Below are positions 1-10,021 of a stretch of DNA of 55,136 nt, piece after piece. Under the pieces are notes generated by a model. That model was not told where the DNA came from, ran no database searches, and saw only the letters and a list, made by a program, of their open reading frames with translations. Source of the stretch: Solirubrobacteraceae bacterium. GTDB taxonomy: Bacteria; Actinomycetota; Thermoleophilia; Solirubrobacterales; Solirubrobacteraceae. Position 1 is the first letter of the stretch, and each line of letters starts with the position of its first letter. The position numbers and the translations under genes were made by a program. The stretch is taken from contig DATLOP010000228.1 in NCBI GenBank assembly GCA_035536255.1, forward strand, positions 1-55,136, read 5' to 3'.

Positions 1-982
1 GCCGGCGGATGATCATCCGGAGCTCATCGACTGACGGGAGGCTGCTTTCGACCTCGGTGTGCCGAGTTCCAAGTACGCGAGCGATCGCTCGGGCGGCTGG
101 CCGCTCATCGAGGCGCCGGTCCTGGAACCCGACAGTGAACGTACGCACAGCACCCGAGCGCCCGCGCGCAAGCAGCGCGACGATTCCTGCGGAGTCGATC
201 CCCCCCGACAGCAGCGCACCGACGGGAACGTCTGCTTGACGCTGTGCCTCCACGGCTCGGCCCAGCAAGTCACGAAGCTCCTCCGCGGCGCCTGCGAACG
301 ACTCGAAGTACGCCGAATCGGGATGGGGCAGTTCCCACCAGCGTTCGATGCTCACAGTTCCCCGCTCGGCGACAAGTCGGTGACCCGCCGCAAGCTTCTC
401 GACACCGGAGAAGATGGTTCGCGGACCGGGGACGTACTGAAGGGCGAGGTAGAGGCGCAGTGAGAGAGGATCGATTTCCTGCCGTAGGGCAGCGCCCCTG
501 GTGAGTGCTTGGAGCTCGGATGCGAAGACCACTCCCTGGCTCGTCCGCGACCAGAGAAGCGGCTTCTCGCCGGCCCGGTCGCGCGCGAGTACAAGCCGCT
601 CGTTGCGCTCGTCGCAGATTGCGACCGCGAACATCCCTTCGAGCATCGTCGTGAACGCCGGGCCGAACTCTTCGTATAGGTGGGGCAAGACTGCCGTGTC
701 AGACTCGGCGGTCAGCTCGTGACCCCTACGCTGCAGGAGCAGACGGAGCTCGCGATGGTTGTAGATCTCGCCGTTCAGTACGGCGGCGATGGTTCCGTCC
801 TCGTTCAGGGCAGGCTGACGACCACCATGGACGTCGATGATCGCGAGCCGGCGCGCACCGACAGACGCGATCGCTGTTTCATGCACTCCCTCCGCGTCCG
901 GGCCGCGGTGCTCGAGGAGACGCAGCATGGCGGCGAGACGCTCGGAGTCGGGTGGGCCGCTGAAGCCGCAGATGCCGCACAT
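1..982 (-). CDS. asnB: Asparagine synthase (glutamine-hydrolysing) family amidotransferase; 3' end runs off the window
   Basis: This frame is missing from the ORF track because it has no stop inside the window. Hand translation from the ATG at 982-980 gives MCGICGFSGPPDSERLAAMLRLLEHRGPDAEG (Ntn Cys2 glutaminase start). It stays stop-free through ...VPVGALLSGGIDSAGIVALLARG (PP-loop SGGIDS at 191-208) to position 1. Confidence 0.85.
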   Translation of the reverse strand, partial: MCGICGFSGPPDSERLAAMLRLLEHRGPDAEGVHETAIASVGARRLAIIDVHGGRQPALNEDGTIAAVLNGEIYNHRELRLLLQRRGHELTAESDTAVLPHLYEEFGPAFTTMLEGMFAVAICDERNERLVLARDRAGEKPLLWSRTSQGVVFASELQALTRGAALRQEIDPLSLRLYLALQYVPGPRTIFSGVEKLAAGHRLVAERGTVSIERWWELPHPDSAYFESFAGAAEELRDLLGRAVEAQRQADVPVGALLSGGIDSAGIVALLARGRSGAVRTFTVGFQDRRLDERPAARAIARVLGTRHTEVESSLPSVDELRMIIRR

Positions 983-994
983 GAGCCGACGATC

Positions 995-1732
995 CTACGG
1001 CCGGCGGGCAGTCATCAGCACGCCATTGCCCAGGCGGTGGGAACTGGGGGAGCGCTCCACGGCGGACGCTGCGAGCAGCGCCGGCAGGAGGATGGCCTTC
1101 AACGGCTTTGCGGATCTGAGAGCTATCCGCGACTCCACGTCCGCGGCCCAGCGCGTGGCTCCCAGATGAAACGTGAAGTCGGTCCGGACCTCAACGAGTC
1201 CGGCGGCGGCCGCCGCCGCTTGAAGCTCGTGCGGCGCGTAGCCCTCGCGTAGATGCGGTCCCGCCCCGGCCTGCAGCTCGGCCTTCATCGCGTCCCTGAG
1301 GGATCGGGCCCGATGCCGCTGCGGTGCCGCCGGAACGTGCAGAATTAGGCTGCCGCCCGGGCGGGTGTGCGCCGTCAACCACGCCAAGGCGGCATGCGTA
1401 TCCGGCAGATGTTCCAACACGTCGACGCATACGACGAGGTCGAAGGACCAATCGAGCGGGGGGCCTGCGATCTTCCCGGTCTTGACCGTCACGTTCTCCT
1501 CCCGTCGCGCGACGGCCTGCGCGGACGCCACTATCAGTGGATCCGCGTCAATGCCGACAACCGTCGCTTCCGGGAACCGCTGGGCCAACTGTGCCGTCAG
1601 GCGTGCGTCTGCGCATCCGGCGTCCAGCACCGACCTCGGCTCCAGGCTCTTTGCGATGGAGCGGTGCACGTGCCTGAATCGGACGCGGCGCCCGATGCTG
1701 AACATGCGGCCCCTTACAGCCGTTCGAGGCAT
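995..1732 (-). CDS. Class I SAM-dependent methyltransferase
   Basis: Motif I VLDAGCADARL, followed by DLVVCVDVLEHLPD and RPGGSLILHVP. The track ORF (to 1957) is a shadow extension over the upstream gene. Start taken at the ATG at 1732; an alternative ATG lies at 1705 (MFSIGRR). Confidence 0.8.
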   Translation of the reverse strand: MPRTAVRGRMFSIGRRVRFRHVHRSIAKSLEPRSVLDAGCADARLTAQLAQRFPEATVVGIDADPLIVASAQAVARREENVTVKTGKIAGPPLDWSFDLVVCVDVLEHLPDTHAALAWLTAHTRPGGSLILHVPAAPQRHRARSLRDAMKAELQAGAGPHLREGYAPHELQAAAAAAGLVEVRTDFTFHLGATRWAADVESRIALRSAKPLKAILLPALLAASAVERSPSSHRLGNGVLMTARRP

Positions 1733-2706
1733 GCGGCGATCTCCTTCGCCCGTGCGCCGTAGGTCCCGTGCACGACCGCCTCGCGACCTCCCGTCGCGAT
1801 GTCCTCTCGGAGGCGCTCGTCGGCAAGGAGCGCCTCCACACCGCGGCGCAGCTCGGTCGGATCGGCGACGAGAAGCGCCTTGGAGTCGCCGAACATTCGC
1901 TCGTGGTCCGGAGTCCGGGTCGCAACCATTGCCGTGCGGGTTGCCGGTAATTCCCATGTCCGCATGTTGTGATTGTCCAGGTTCTGAGGATTGACAATGT
2001 TCAGCGCCGCCCGACTGCGGTGGTAGAGGTTCGCGACCTCGCGACCGAAATGCCTACCGCGTATTACCCGGCGTTCAAGTGGCGTGCCCGCGACACGCTG
2101 CGCCCAGCCCGATCCGGCAATTCCAACGTTGAGATGCGCGAGTTCGACGAGGAACTCTTGCCGCACCGCCTGCCACTGCCCGACGAAAACGACGTCGTAC
2201 CTGAAACCGATTCCTGGCGGCCGCGCGGGATAGAGGTCGGGGTCGTAGCCAAATGGGATCACAGCGACCCTACGTGCGCCGGCCCCGCGTAGGCGCCGCG
2301 CCGGGCCATTCGACCAAGTTACGGTGAGGTCGTATGCAGGAATCGCGTCAGTCCACTCCGTCTCCGCGTAAGCGGAAAACAGGGGATCGTCGGGGTAGTA
2401 CACCGCGATTGGAACTTGCAGGTTGCGACGCAACGCCTCCACGTCCTCGCGAAGCAAAAAACGTCCCTTGATGACCAAAACCGCGTCGGCCCGCATGCGA
2501 CGCGCAAGCCCGGCGACACGTCGAGTCAGGGGAGCGGTCAGGACACGTTCGCGCCCGGCGCGCCGCGCCGCGATCAGCAAGCGGTTTCCTCCCGCCAGGC
2601 CGCGGGCTGGCGCGATCATCGCGCGGTGGCCCGAGCTCCGGAACCCCCGGACGAAGCATGCTCCGAGTCCGGCTGCATCGCGGGGAGCCACGACGAGGAC
2701 ACGCAT
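1714..2706 (-). CDS. CgeB-like / DUF3880-type glycosyltransferase
   Basis: 330-aa ORF with ...YDVVFVGQW...NLYHRSRAALNIVNPQN...NMRTWELPATRTAMV..., typical of the CgeB-family GT1-like fold. Its start shares 1 nt with the upstream stop (TGATG). Confidence 0.65.
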   Translation of the reverse strand: MRVLVVAPRDAAGLGACFVRGFRSSGHRAMIAPARGLAGGNRLLIAARRAGRERVLTAPLTRRVAGLARRMRADAVLVIKGRFLLREDVEALRRNLQVPIAVYYPDDPLFSAYAETEWTDAIPAYDLTVTWSNGPARRLRGAGARRVAVIPFGYDPDLYPARPPGIGFRYDVVFVGQWQAVRQEFLVELAHLNVGIAGSGWAQRVAGTPLERRVIRGRHFGREVANLYHRSRAALNIVNPQNLDNHNMRTWELPATRTAMVATRTPDHERMFGDSKALLVADPTELRRGVEALLADERLREDIATGGREAVVHGTYGARAKEIAACLERL

Positions 2707-3776
2707 CAGTCGCCGCTCCGCCGAAGGATCTCTTGTATGACCCGCCGGGCTGACTCCTGCGCCGCCCCGACATCGAATGCCGTGCGAGCGACGGCCAGCG
2801 CCTGTTCCCGACGTTCTCGCATCGTGACGAGATCGCGAGGCCAGGACGCTATCGCCTCGGCGAGCCGCGACGGGTAGCCGCGGTCGACGACGCCTTCGTA
2901 CGGAAGGGTCCAGCCGAGATCCGCGAGCAGGTGGCTCGCTTCCCCGACGTCAGAGGCAAGAACGGGGCATCCGCACGCCAGGTACAGCGGTAACTTCCCG
3001 GTCGTCCTTACGACTCCAACTGCGTTCGCCGTCTGGGTCGACACCGCGACGTCCATGGCGCCGACCCAATCTGCGACCTCGTCGGCCTGTACCCCGCCTA
3101 CGAACCTGCACCGGTCGATGACACCAAGGTCCTCTGCGCGTCGCTGGAGGGATGGTCGAGCCGGGCCGTCGCCGACGAAGAGGGCGCAGACGTCCTTCGG
3201 CGTCATCGTCAGCGCCTCGACAAGGTCCCAACCATAAGAAATCCCCAGACGCGGCGCAGCGAGCATCGACCCCACGAGCCCTACGACGAACCTGTGCTCG
3301 AGCCCCAGCCGGCGCCGGATGGAACCGCCATCGCAAACGCGGGCACTCAGCGGCGGAAGATCCGGGATGAACGACGTTTCCTTGCCCGGCAGGAATTCGC
3401 GGTGGCGACGCCCCCGGACAACGACGTGGTCCGCGCATCCGACGGCGAACTTCTCGCCTGCGCCCACGACGACCAGCCCGAGCCACGATCTGCTCCCTCG
3501 CGATCGCTCGAGCGCAAATACAAGGTCACCAGTGTCCAGTACGACGCGACTGCCCACCAGCTTTGCCGTTGCCGCTGCGACAGTCGTGCTTGCCCCGACG
3601 TCAACCAGGTACGTGACGCGTGGACGCTTTTGGAGCGTCTCGCGGATCGCCGTCGCGACTCCTCGGCGGCCTCGGCCGCAGGCGATGACGTCAGCGCCCA
3701 AGAAGCCGCCGAGAAGAAGGCGCCCCCGGTCGACCGCGGGTGCCGAATGCGCCAGTACAACGAGGTCGGCCCTCAT
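2706..3776 (-). CDS. Glycosyltransferase, GT4/GT1-like
   Basis: 356 aa. C-terminal half reads ...FVGDGPARPSLQRRAEDLGV..RFVGGV...MDVAVSTQ....GKLPLYLACGCPVLASDVGEA, a GT-B sugar-donor domain pattern. ATGA overlap with the upstream gene. Confidence 0.75.
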   Translation of the reverse strand: MRADLVVLAHSAPAVDRGRLLLGGFLGADVIACGRGRRGVATAIRETLQKRPRVTYLVDVGASTTVAAATAKLVGSRVVLDTGDLVFALERSRGSRSWLGLVVVGAGEKFAVGCADHVVVRGRRHREFLPGKETSFIPDLPPLSARVCDGGSIRRRLGLEHRFVVGLVGSMLAAPRLGISYGWDLVEALTMTPKDVCALFVGDGPARPSLQRRAEDLGVIDRCRFVGGVQADEVADWVGAMDVAVSTQTANAVGVVRTTGKLPLYLACGCPVLASDVGEASHLLADLGWTLPYEGVVDRGYPSRLAEAIASWPRDLVTMRERREQALAVARTAFDVGAAQESARRVIQEILRRSGD

Positions 3777-5287
3777 GCCGAGGTCACTCGCCGGTTCTCG
3801 CGCGACACGTTGGTCTTCGTTGAGAGGACAAAACCGACGATCGTCAACAGCGCAGCGCCCACCAGGACTCTCCCAACTCCGGTTCGGAAAAGGAGTACAG
3901 AGTCAGCCTCGACCTGCAAAAGCGTTGGGAGCGAAATTGCGTACATTCCGATGGCAGGGGGCGTCCACGCTCGCGCCAAATATTCGTACCAAAACCGGTA
4001 CATGACGCCAAACAGGAACATGCCGACAAAAACTGCACCAGCTCCGAAGTTGAGATAAAGCTCGCCGATGAAGGTGACAGACTGCGAGCTTGTATCATGA
4101 GCGCCTGTACGTCCCCAGTAGGTCACGGCGAACCAGTCGCCGAGCGACACCCCCGGCTTTTCCGGCCACAAGGCTCTCGGTATGAACGTCTCCGGCAGGC
4201 GCGTATACGTGTCGCCGTTTAGAAAGGGATACGCTCCGGGCGTCAAGGCTCGCGCTACCAGGAGCGAGTCAACACTGGACAGCCGCCGGGTGAATAGGCG
4301 GGCGACGTAAGTGAAGTACTGATCCGGGCGAACCACGCGGCCGGTCTCCGCGGTCACTAGCGCCTTTGGAACGGTTGCCAAGGAGGACGCCAAGGAAGCC
4401 TGCCCCGGTCGATCCCGTTCGTGTCGCAGGGCTTGGACCGCAGGGAAGGCCACAAACAGAAAAACGACCGCAGCAATCGCTATCTGGCCGGGCCGCAGCG
4501 GGCGACGTCCGTAGTGATAGGCGGCGGCGATCGTCAGAATCGCCCACAGGATCGGCGCCTTCTGCACGAAGACCAGCCCGGCTGTGAGCATTGCCATTCC
4601 GCTGATGGCGAGCAGCCACAGAATGAGCGCGCGCAGGCGTGGGGGAGCATCCTGGCGGGCGAAGACGAGATAAACGAAGCCCAGTTGCGCTCCGACCGCC
4701 CCGGTCTGGACGGGTTCCGTCAGGCCCGTTCCCGCCAGCCCTCCCCACGCGGCGTACGGCGCGAGCACGAAACACGGGAGCCCAACCGCCGTGAGCATCA
4801 ATCCAGCGGAAAGCCACCGCTGGCGACGCACCGGAGGGCGAGGCCGCGGGACGGTGTGCGCGACGTCTCGACCGATACGCCAGACGTAGCCGAGGTAGAA
4901 GCCGAGGATGCCGCAAATCGCAAGGTCGAGTGTCTGCGCGATGTACAGGTCATATGCCGCCGCGGCTCGGAAGCTGATGTCCCGCCCTGCGACGTGGCTC
5001 GACTCGAGCGCCCAACCACGCAGCGCATAGAGAGCGAGGAAGGCGGCGCCGACGAGCGTGATCGGCGACATCAGGTCCACCCGCCGCGAGAAGAGCGGCG
5101 CCGCCAGGGGGGCTAGGCAAAGGGCCGTCAGCACGACCAAGCGGACGGTTACGCTCTTGGTAGGCTCGCTCGGGGTGGGGACCGCGAATACCAGGCAGAC
5201 GGCCGTCGCAGCGGCCCCGGTCGCGAACAACAAGGCCGCGCGACGCCGCGCGCTACCGACAGTTCGCGCTGGCAGCGCGGGTCGCAC
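3773..5287 (-). CDS. wzy: Polytopic membrane protein, oligosaccharide repeat-unit polymerase (Wzy-like)
   Basis: 504 aa with more than 10 hydrophobic segments and a large late loop. C-terminal ...SVTFIGELYLNFGAGAVFVGMFLFG resembles repeat-unit polymerases. GC is visibly lower than in neighbouring genes. Sits inside a GT operon. Confidence 0.6.
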   Translation of the reverse strand: MRPALPARTVGSARRRAALLFATGAAATAVCLVFAVPTPSEPTKSVTVRLVVLTALCLAPLAAPLFSRRVDLMSPITLVGAAFLALYALRGWALESSHVAGRDISFRAAAAYDLYIAQTLDLAICGILGFYLGYVWRIGRDVAHTVPRPRPPVRRQRWLSAGLMLTAVGLPCFVLAPYAAWGGLAGTGLTEPVQTGAVGAQLGFVYLVFARQDAPPRLRALILWLLAISGMAMLTAGLVFVQKAPILWAILTIAAAYHYGRRPLRPGQIAIAAVVFLFVAFPAVQALRHERDRPGQASLASSLATVPKALVTAETGRVVRPDQYFTYVARLFTRRLSSVDSLLVARALTPGAYPFLNGDTYTRLPETFIPRALWPEKPGVSLGDWFAVTYWGRTGAHDTSSQSVTFIGELYLNFGAGAVFVGMFLFGVMYRFWYEYLARAWTPPAIGMYAISLPTLLQVEADSVLLFRTGVGRVLVGAALLTIVGFVLSTKTNVSRENRRVTSA

Positions 5288-5315
5288 GCGGCGAATCTAG
5301 CATGGGGCTACCTGC

Positions 5316-6134
5316 ATGAGCACCGACGCGAAAACGAGTTCCGAGGTGTCAACGTCGTCATCCGACGTCCCCGCCCCCGCCCCCGTCGCCGATCTCGTCG
5401 ACTTGCGGCGGTTCGTCCGTCGGCACGTCACCGTAATTCTGCTGTTTGTGGTGTCAGGAACCGCGCTAGGCGGTGTAAGAGCCGCGGCTGGGGACGAGAT
5501 ATACGAAGCCAGCACGACGATCCTCTTCACCAACGACCCGGTGGCGCGTCTGGCGGGATTCACCGATGACTTCTCCGATGTCGGCGATCCGACGCAGCCT
5601 GGATCAACCATGCAGACCCGTCTTCGGCTGATCGAGCAACGCTCCATCGCCGTTGCGGTGACGCGGCAGGTCGGCGCGGAGGAGAGCCCTGAGGAGCTGT
5701 TAGGTCGCGTTCGAGCCGAGCAGGACGTCGTTTCGTCGCTTGCGCGCGTGGTTGCGAGAGCTGACACCGCGGGCGGCGCAGCACGGCTGGCGAACGTGTG
5801 GGCCCGGACGTTCGTTTCCGCGCAGGCACGGGAACGCGAAGAAGCGTTCTCTCGAGGGATCATGGCGCTTCGGCGCGAGCTGCCGGCAACTCGGGGCCGC
5901 GAGCGCCTTCAGTTGGCACGGCGTCTCGGCCGCCTGAGGACGATTCAAGCCACGAACATCGCCCCGGTTCGATTGGTCACCGAAGCGCGTCCGCCGTCGG
6001 AGCCGGTGGGCGTGAAATGGACAGTTGGCATGGCGTCCGGGTTCCTCGTTGGCCTCGTACTTGGCTTCGGGGCGGGGTTCCTGCGGGACCGCTTGAGTGG
6101 CAGCACCACTACGATCGCGAGAGCCGGTGGCTAA
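5316..6134 (+). CDS. wzz: Wzz-like polysaccharide co-polymerase (chain-length determinant), no kinase domain
   Basis: 272 aa. N-terminal TM (VTVILLFVVSGTALGG), a long Arg/Glu/Ala-rich middle region that looks coiled-coil, and a C-terminal TM (MASGFLVGLVLGFGAGFL). This is PCP topology. Divergent from wzy. Confidence 0.6.
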   Translation: MSTDAKTSSEVSTSSSDVPAPAPVADLVDLRRFVRRHVTVILLFVVSGTALGGVRAAAGDEIYEASTTILFTNDPVARLAGFTDDFSDVGDPTQPGSTMQTRLRLIEQRSIAVAVTRQVGAEESPEELLGRVRAEQDVVSSLARVVARADTAGGAARLANVWARTFVSAQAREREEAFSRGIMALRRELPATRGRERLQLARRLGRLRTIQATNIAPVRLVTEARPPSEPVGVKWTVGMASGFLVGLVLGFGAGFLRDRLSGSTTTIARAGG

Positions 6135-6981
6135 CGCGGCGTCACCATCACGCGAAGGTGCGAGGGTCTTCGCCTTGCGTCTCCTCGCACGCGTCCTGGG
6201 CGGCCTACCTCTAGGACTCGGCCAGCATCGTCTAGCTGCGGTGTGCGCTGCGCGTCTGAGCCGGAGGCCTGGAGAGCGACACGTTCACCAAGTCCTCAAG
6301 AGCGGAGCCCATCTGTGTATCGACCTCCATGACCGCATTCAAGCGACCGCGTTCCTACTGCGCACGTACGAGCCGGAGATCGTGGAGGCGATCGTCCGGC
6401 GACTTCCGCGCGGGGGGATCTTCGTCGACGGCGGCGCAAATGTCGGGCTGGTGACATTCAGCGTCGGCTCACGGCGCCCTGACGCGACCATCCATGCGTT
6501 CGAGCCCCAACCCGCGTGCGCTGAGCAATGGCGTGAGAACCACCGCCTTAACCCTGCGGTGAACGCACATCTCGTGGAGGCGGCCCTCGGGGAGGAAGTT
6601 GGGACCGTCGAGCTCAGCCACGAAGGAGACCCCTCAAACCGGCACGTTCGCCTTTCCTTCGAGCCTGCCCTGCCCGCCGTGCCGATGACATCTCTGGACG
6701 CGTACGCCGAAGACATGCGGCTGGGGGTCATCGACGTCGTGAAGCTCGACCTCGAAGGATATGAACCGCTCGCACTTCGCGGCGCCGCACGGCTCCTTCG
6801 CGAGGGGCGGATCCGTTGTCTGGTTTGCGAACTCGTACCGGGCTACCCGGAGCGCTACGGGTTTCGCCGGAGCGAGGTGACCGCTGAGCTGCTCGAACGG
6901 GGGTTTCGGATCGAGGCATTTCCCACTCTGGGCATGCGCAGGACACAACGGGCGCCCGATCTTTTGTTCGTGCGCGACTGA
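6097..6981 (+). CDS. FkbM-family methyltransferase
   Basis: GGIFVDGGANVGLVTF...IHAFEPQP...VKLDLEGYEPLALRGA. The start is uncertain: GTG 6097 overlaps wzz by 38 nt; GTG 6127 is an alternative. Confidence 0.8.
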   Translation: MAAPLRSREPVANAASPSREGARVFALRLLARVLGGLPLGLGQHRLAAVCAARLSRRPGERHVHQVLKSGAHLCIDLHDRIQATAFLLRTYEPEIVEAIVRRLPRGGIFVDGGANVGLVTFSVGSRRPDATIHAFEPQPACAEQWRENHRLNPAVNAHLVEAALGEEVGTVELSHEGDPSNRHVRLSFEPALPAVPMTSLDAYAEDMRLGVIDVVKLDLEGYEPLALRGAARLLREGRIRCLVCELVPGYPERYGFRRSEVTAELLERGFRIEAFPTLGMRRTQRAPDLLFVRD

Positions 6982-6984
6982 GAC

Positions 6985-8223
6985 GTGTCAGATCCTGTTG
7001 CCCTAGCCGTGCTGGCGGACCTGCCGCACCCGCCGATGTCGGGAAACCATCTTCGGGACCTCCAAAACCTTCGGGTTCTGAGTCTGCTGGGTTACGACGT
7101 GCGAATTGTGGCGGGAGTCGCGCGCACCGATCCCTGCCTGGTCGGACCGATCGGGACACTGTGCGCGTCGCAGCACGTGCCAGGCTACGTGCCAGGAGCT
7201 GCGGCACGGATCCGCCGCGTGCTGGCAGTGATGCGCGGCGCACTCGCGACCCCCGCGCGGGACCCCTGGGCCGAAAACCACACGCGTGCACACTTTGAAG
7301 CGACTGTGCTCCGCGCGGCAAGACGCATTCAGCCCGACGTAATTCTCGTGCGGTCCCTGTTCGGACATCTGGTCGAGCCGCTGCGGGCGACAACCCGGCT
7401 GGTAATACTGGATGCCCATGATTCACAAGTCTTGGTCGCTCGCGCGCTAAGCACCCACGCCACGCGGTCAAGCCGGCTGGGCCTTCGAGTACGGGAGGTC
7501 GCTGCGGCCCGCGCCGAAGCGTCGTATCAACAGGCTGACGAGCTGTGGGTTCCGTCCAGACGCGAGCAGAGTTACTTTGCTCGGCGGACGCCAGGACTCG
7601 CAACGGTGATCGTCCCGAACGGCATAGAGCCGGAGCCCCTTTCGCATCCACGCGACAGCGGCAATGCGGAACTGCTTCTGATCGCGGGTTTCGGCTGGCC
7701 CCCGAATGTCGCCGCCGCCGAGACCCTCGTGGAGGAGCTCCTGCCACGGGTACGGCGGCGCCATCCCAATGCGCACGTGACGCTCGTCGGGCGTGACCTC
7801 TCGCCGCGTCTGATCGACCGGTGGCGCAACGCTCCGGTGCGCTGGTTGGGCACGGTCGAATCGACGGGGCCGTACCTCCGAAGGGCGGCGGCCGTCGTCT
7901 TTGCCCCCCCGTCGTCGGCTGCGACCGGCACGCCGCTGAAGATCGCCGAGGCGCTGGCCGCCGGCCTTCCGCTCGTCGCCACGCCGGTCGCGTCGGAGGC
8001 GCTGGGCCTCGAGCCGGGCGTCCACGCGGTCATCGATTACGACCTAGATGTCCTCGCCGACGGGATCTGCCGCATCATCGAGGATGCGTCGTTCGCCGAC
8101 AGGCTCAGGGACGCCGGCCGGAGCTGGGTGGTCGACAACCTCTCTAGCGCGAGCATCGCGGCACGTCTCAGACGCGAGTCGGTAGTAGCCTCGACTCCCG
8201 AGTCAGCACGAGCGCACCCGTGA
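6985..8223 (+). CDS. Glycosyltransferase family 4
   Basis: 412 aa; ...LLLIAGFGWPPNVAAAETLVEELLP...VTLVGRD...AAVVFAPPSSAATGTPLKIAEALAAGLPLVATPVASEALG. Confidence 0.8.
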   Translation: MSDPVALAVLADLPHPPMSGNHLRDLQNLRVLSLLGYDVRIVAGVARTDPCLVGPIGTLCASQHVPGYVPGAAARIRRVLAVMRGALATPARDPWAENHTRAHFEATVLRAARRIQPDVILVRSLFGHLVEPLRATTRLVILDAHDSQVLVARALSTHATRSSRLGLRVREVAAARAEASYQQADELWVPSRREQSYFARRTPGLATVIVPNGIEPEPLSHPRDSGNAELLLIAGFGWPPNVAAAETLVEELLPRVRRRHPNAHVTLVGRDLSPRLIDRWRNAPVRWLGTVESTGPYLRRAAAVVFAPPSSAATGTPLKIAEALAAGLPLVATPVASEALGLEPGVHAVIDYDLDVLADGICRIIEDASFADRLRDAGRSWVVDNLSSASIAARLRRESVVASTPESARAHP

Positions 8224-8858
8224 CCCTCCTACCTCGACGTGAGACAGCGAGAGAGCGATGGCGGACGTTCGTGGAAAGCCGACACACGACCTTCGCCGAT
8301 CCAGGGGCGAAGGTTCTCGACGTCGGCTGCGGCCGGTCGAAGTTTCCCGGCGCGGTTGGCATGGATCGCTTGGAGAACACGGACGCTGACGTTATTCACG
8401 AGCTGGACGTTCTCCCGTATCCGTTGGATGACAATTCGTTCGACCTGGTGATCGCTCGCCATGTTCTCGAGCACGTCGCCGCGCCGCTGGATGTCCTCGC
8501 CGAGCTCCACAGAGTAACGCGCGCGGGCGGCGAGGTAAGCATCATCAGCCCGCATTTCGCGAGTGTCACATCTTGGACTGATCCGACGCATCGACATCAC
8601 TTCAGCTCGCGGTCGTTCGACTATCTTCTCAGCGACACGGAGTGGAACTTCTACAGCAACGTTCGGTTCGAGCTGCTCGACCGCCGCATCACCCTCGGGA
8701 TGGTGCAAGGACCTGGCGGCCGAGTGTTCCCACTGCTGCGGCTTCTCGGCGTCGAGGCGCTCGTCAATCGGTTCATCGACGTGTTCGAGCGGTGGTGGGC
8801 GTTCGCACTTCCGCTTGGGCCCAAGGACCTGGTCATACGGCTTCGGGTCGTAAAGTGA
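8220..8858 (+). CDS. Class I SAM-dependent methyltransferase (Methyltransf_11-like)
   Basis: KVLDVGCGRSKFPGAVGMD...FDLVIARHVLEHVAAP...AGGEVSIISPHF...DPTHRHHFSSRSF. GTGA overlap with the upstream gene. Clear paralog of 42089-42676. Confidence 0.85.
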   Translation: MTLLPRRETARERWRTFVESRHTTFADPGAKVLDVGCGRSKFPGAVGMDRLENTDADVIHELDVLPYPLDDNSFDLVIARHVLEHVAAPLDVLAELHRVTRAGGEVSIISPHFASVTSWTDPTHRHHFSSRSFDYLLSDTEWNFYSNVRFELLDRRITLGMVQGPGGRVFPLLRLLGVEALVNRFIDVFERWWAFALPLGPKDLVIRLRVVK

Positions 8859-10021
8859 CCCTCTCGGTGGTGGCCCTGCTGCCGGCTCCACCGCACCCGG
8901 CAGCGCGGAATACGGCGGCCCGCTATTACGCGGCCCTCCTCACGGGCCTTTCGGAGATCGGAGTGTCCTCTCGCTCCCTCGCGGTCGACGACGGTAGCGG
9001 GGAAGCAGCCCGGGATTGGGTTCGGTCGGTTCCGAACGCGACGCTGGCGACGTTCGCTCCGGACGTCGTGACGCGTGACCTGGGGTCGCGCCTGCGGAGG
9101 CTGCGCGCACCGATGTCCGACGCGGCGCCTGTTGCCCTCCGCGACGCCCTCGACCGAGAACTCGCGGCCGGATACGACGTGCTGCATGTCGAGGAGGCTC
9201 ATCTCGGCCGTCTCAGCGCGGGGCGGGCGAACGCCGTCTTATCGGTGCTCCACAGCGAGGCGCGGGACAGCCGAGCCGCGTCGGGCGATGGGATGCGGGC
9301 CGCGTTGCGGCGCGCGCGAACGATCCGCGCTGAGCGCATTGTCCTGCGCATGCAGCTGAACATCCGGACAATCTCGCGCGAGCTCGCGGAAGACGTCCGC
9401 GCCGCCGGCGCAGCGGCGCCGATCACCGTTGTCCCACTTTCGCTCGGTCTGGCCGAGTATGAGTTTCGACCGAGCGGGCGTCCTCCCACGGTTGGGCTCA
9501 TAGGGTCGATGACGTGGCCCCCCAACCGCGCCGCCGCGCTGCGACTGATGAAAGATGTCTGGCCAGTCGTAATTCGAGCCCATCCCACCGCCGAATTGCT
9601 GGTAGCGGGATGGCGAGCCGACACGCTCGAGAGCGCCGCGGTGGGCCTGCCCAACGTCACGGTCCTCAGCGACCTACCCGACCATCGTTCATTCTTCGAC
9701 CGCGTCGGGTTGCTGGCGTTCCCGATCGACGTCGGGTCGGGCATGAAGGTCAAGGTGCTGGAAAGCATGGCCCTCGGAGTACCTGTCGTCACGACGCCGG
9801 CCGGCGTCGAGGGACTCCGGCCGCCGCTCGAGCGGGCGTGGTACGCCGGATCTGACGATCGCACGATGGCAGCAGCGATCGTCGAAGCGCTGGGCGACGA
9901 GGCTGAGCGGGAGGCGCGCGCGCGGCGGGCACGCCGTCTGGTAGACGAGCAGTGCTCGCCACGCGCGGTCGCGACACAGCTCGTCGAGCTGTACGAGCGG
10001 TTGAAGCGTCCCATTGCATGA
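8855..10021 (+). CDS. Glycosyltransferase family 4
   Basis: The real start is the GTG at 8855 (GTGA overlap). The track ORF from 8642 is a shadow extension. IGSMTWPPNRAAALRL...ELLVAGW...GSGMKVKVLESMALGVPVVTTPAGVEGL. Confidence 0.8.
   Translation: MTLSVVALLPAPPHPAARNTAARYYAALLTGLSEIGVSSRSLAVDDGSGEAARDWVRSVPNATLATFAPDVVTRDLGSRLRRLRAPMSDAAPVALRDALDRELAAGYDVLHVEEAHLGRLSAGRANAVLSVLHSEARDSRAASGDGMRAALRRARTIRAERIVLRMQLNIRTISRELAEDVRAAGAAAPITVVPLSLGLAEYEFRPSGRPPTVGLIGSMTWPPNRAAALRLMKDVWPVVIRAHPTAELLVAGWRADTLESAAVGLPNVTVLSDLPDHRSFFDRVGLLAFPIDVGSGMKVKVLESMALGVPVVTTPAGVEGLRPPLERAWYAGSDDRTMAAAIVEALGDEAEREARARRARRLVDEQCSPRAVATQLVELYERLKRPIA

Noticed and set aside
9-1252. Track ORFs in the first 1.2 kb (9..239, 13..273, 59..463, 352..594, 680..1252 and others)
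   Set aside because: None shows a motif. The unlisted minus frame ending at ATG 982 encodes an unmistakable asparagine synthase N-terminus and PP-loop.
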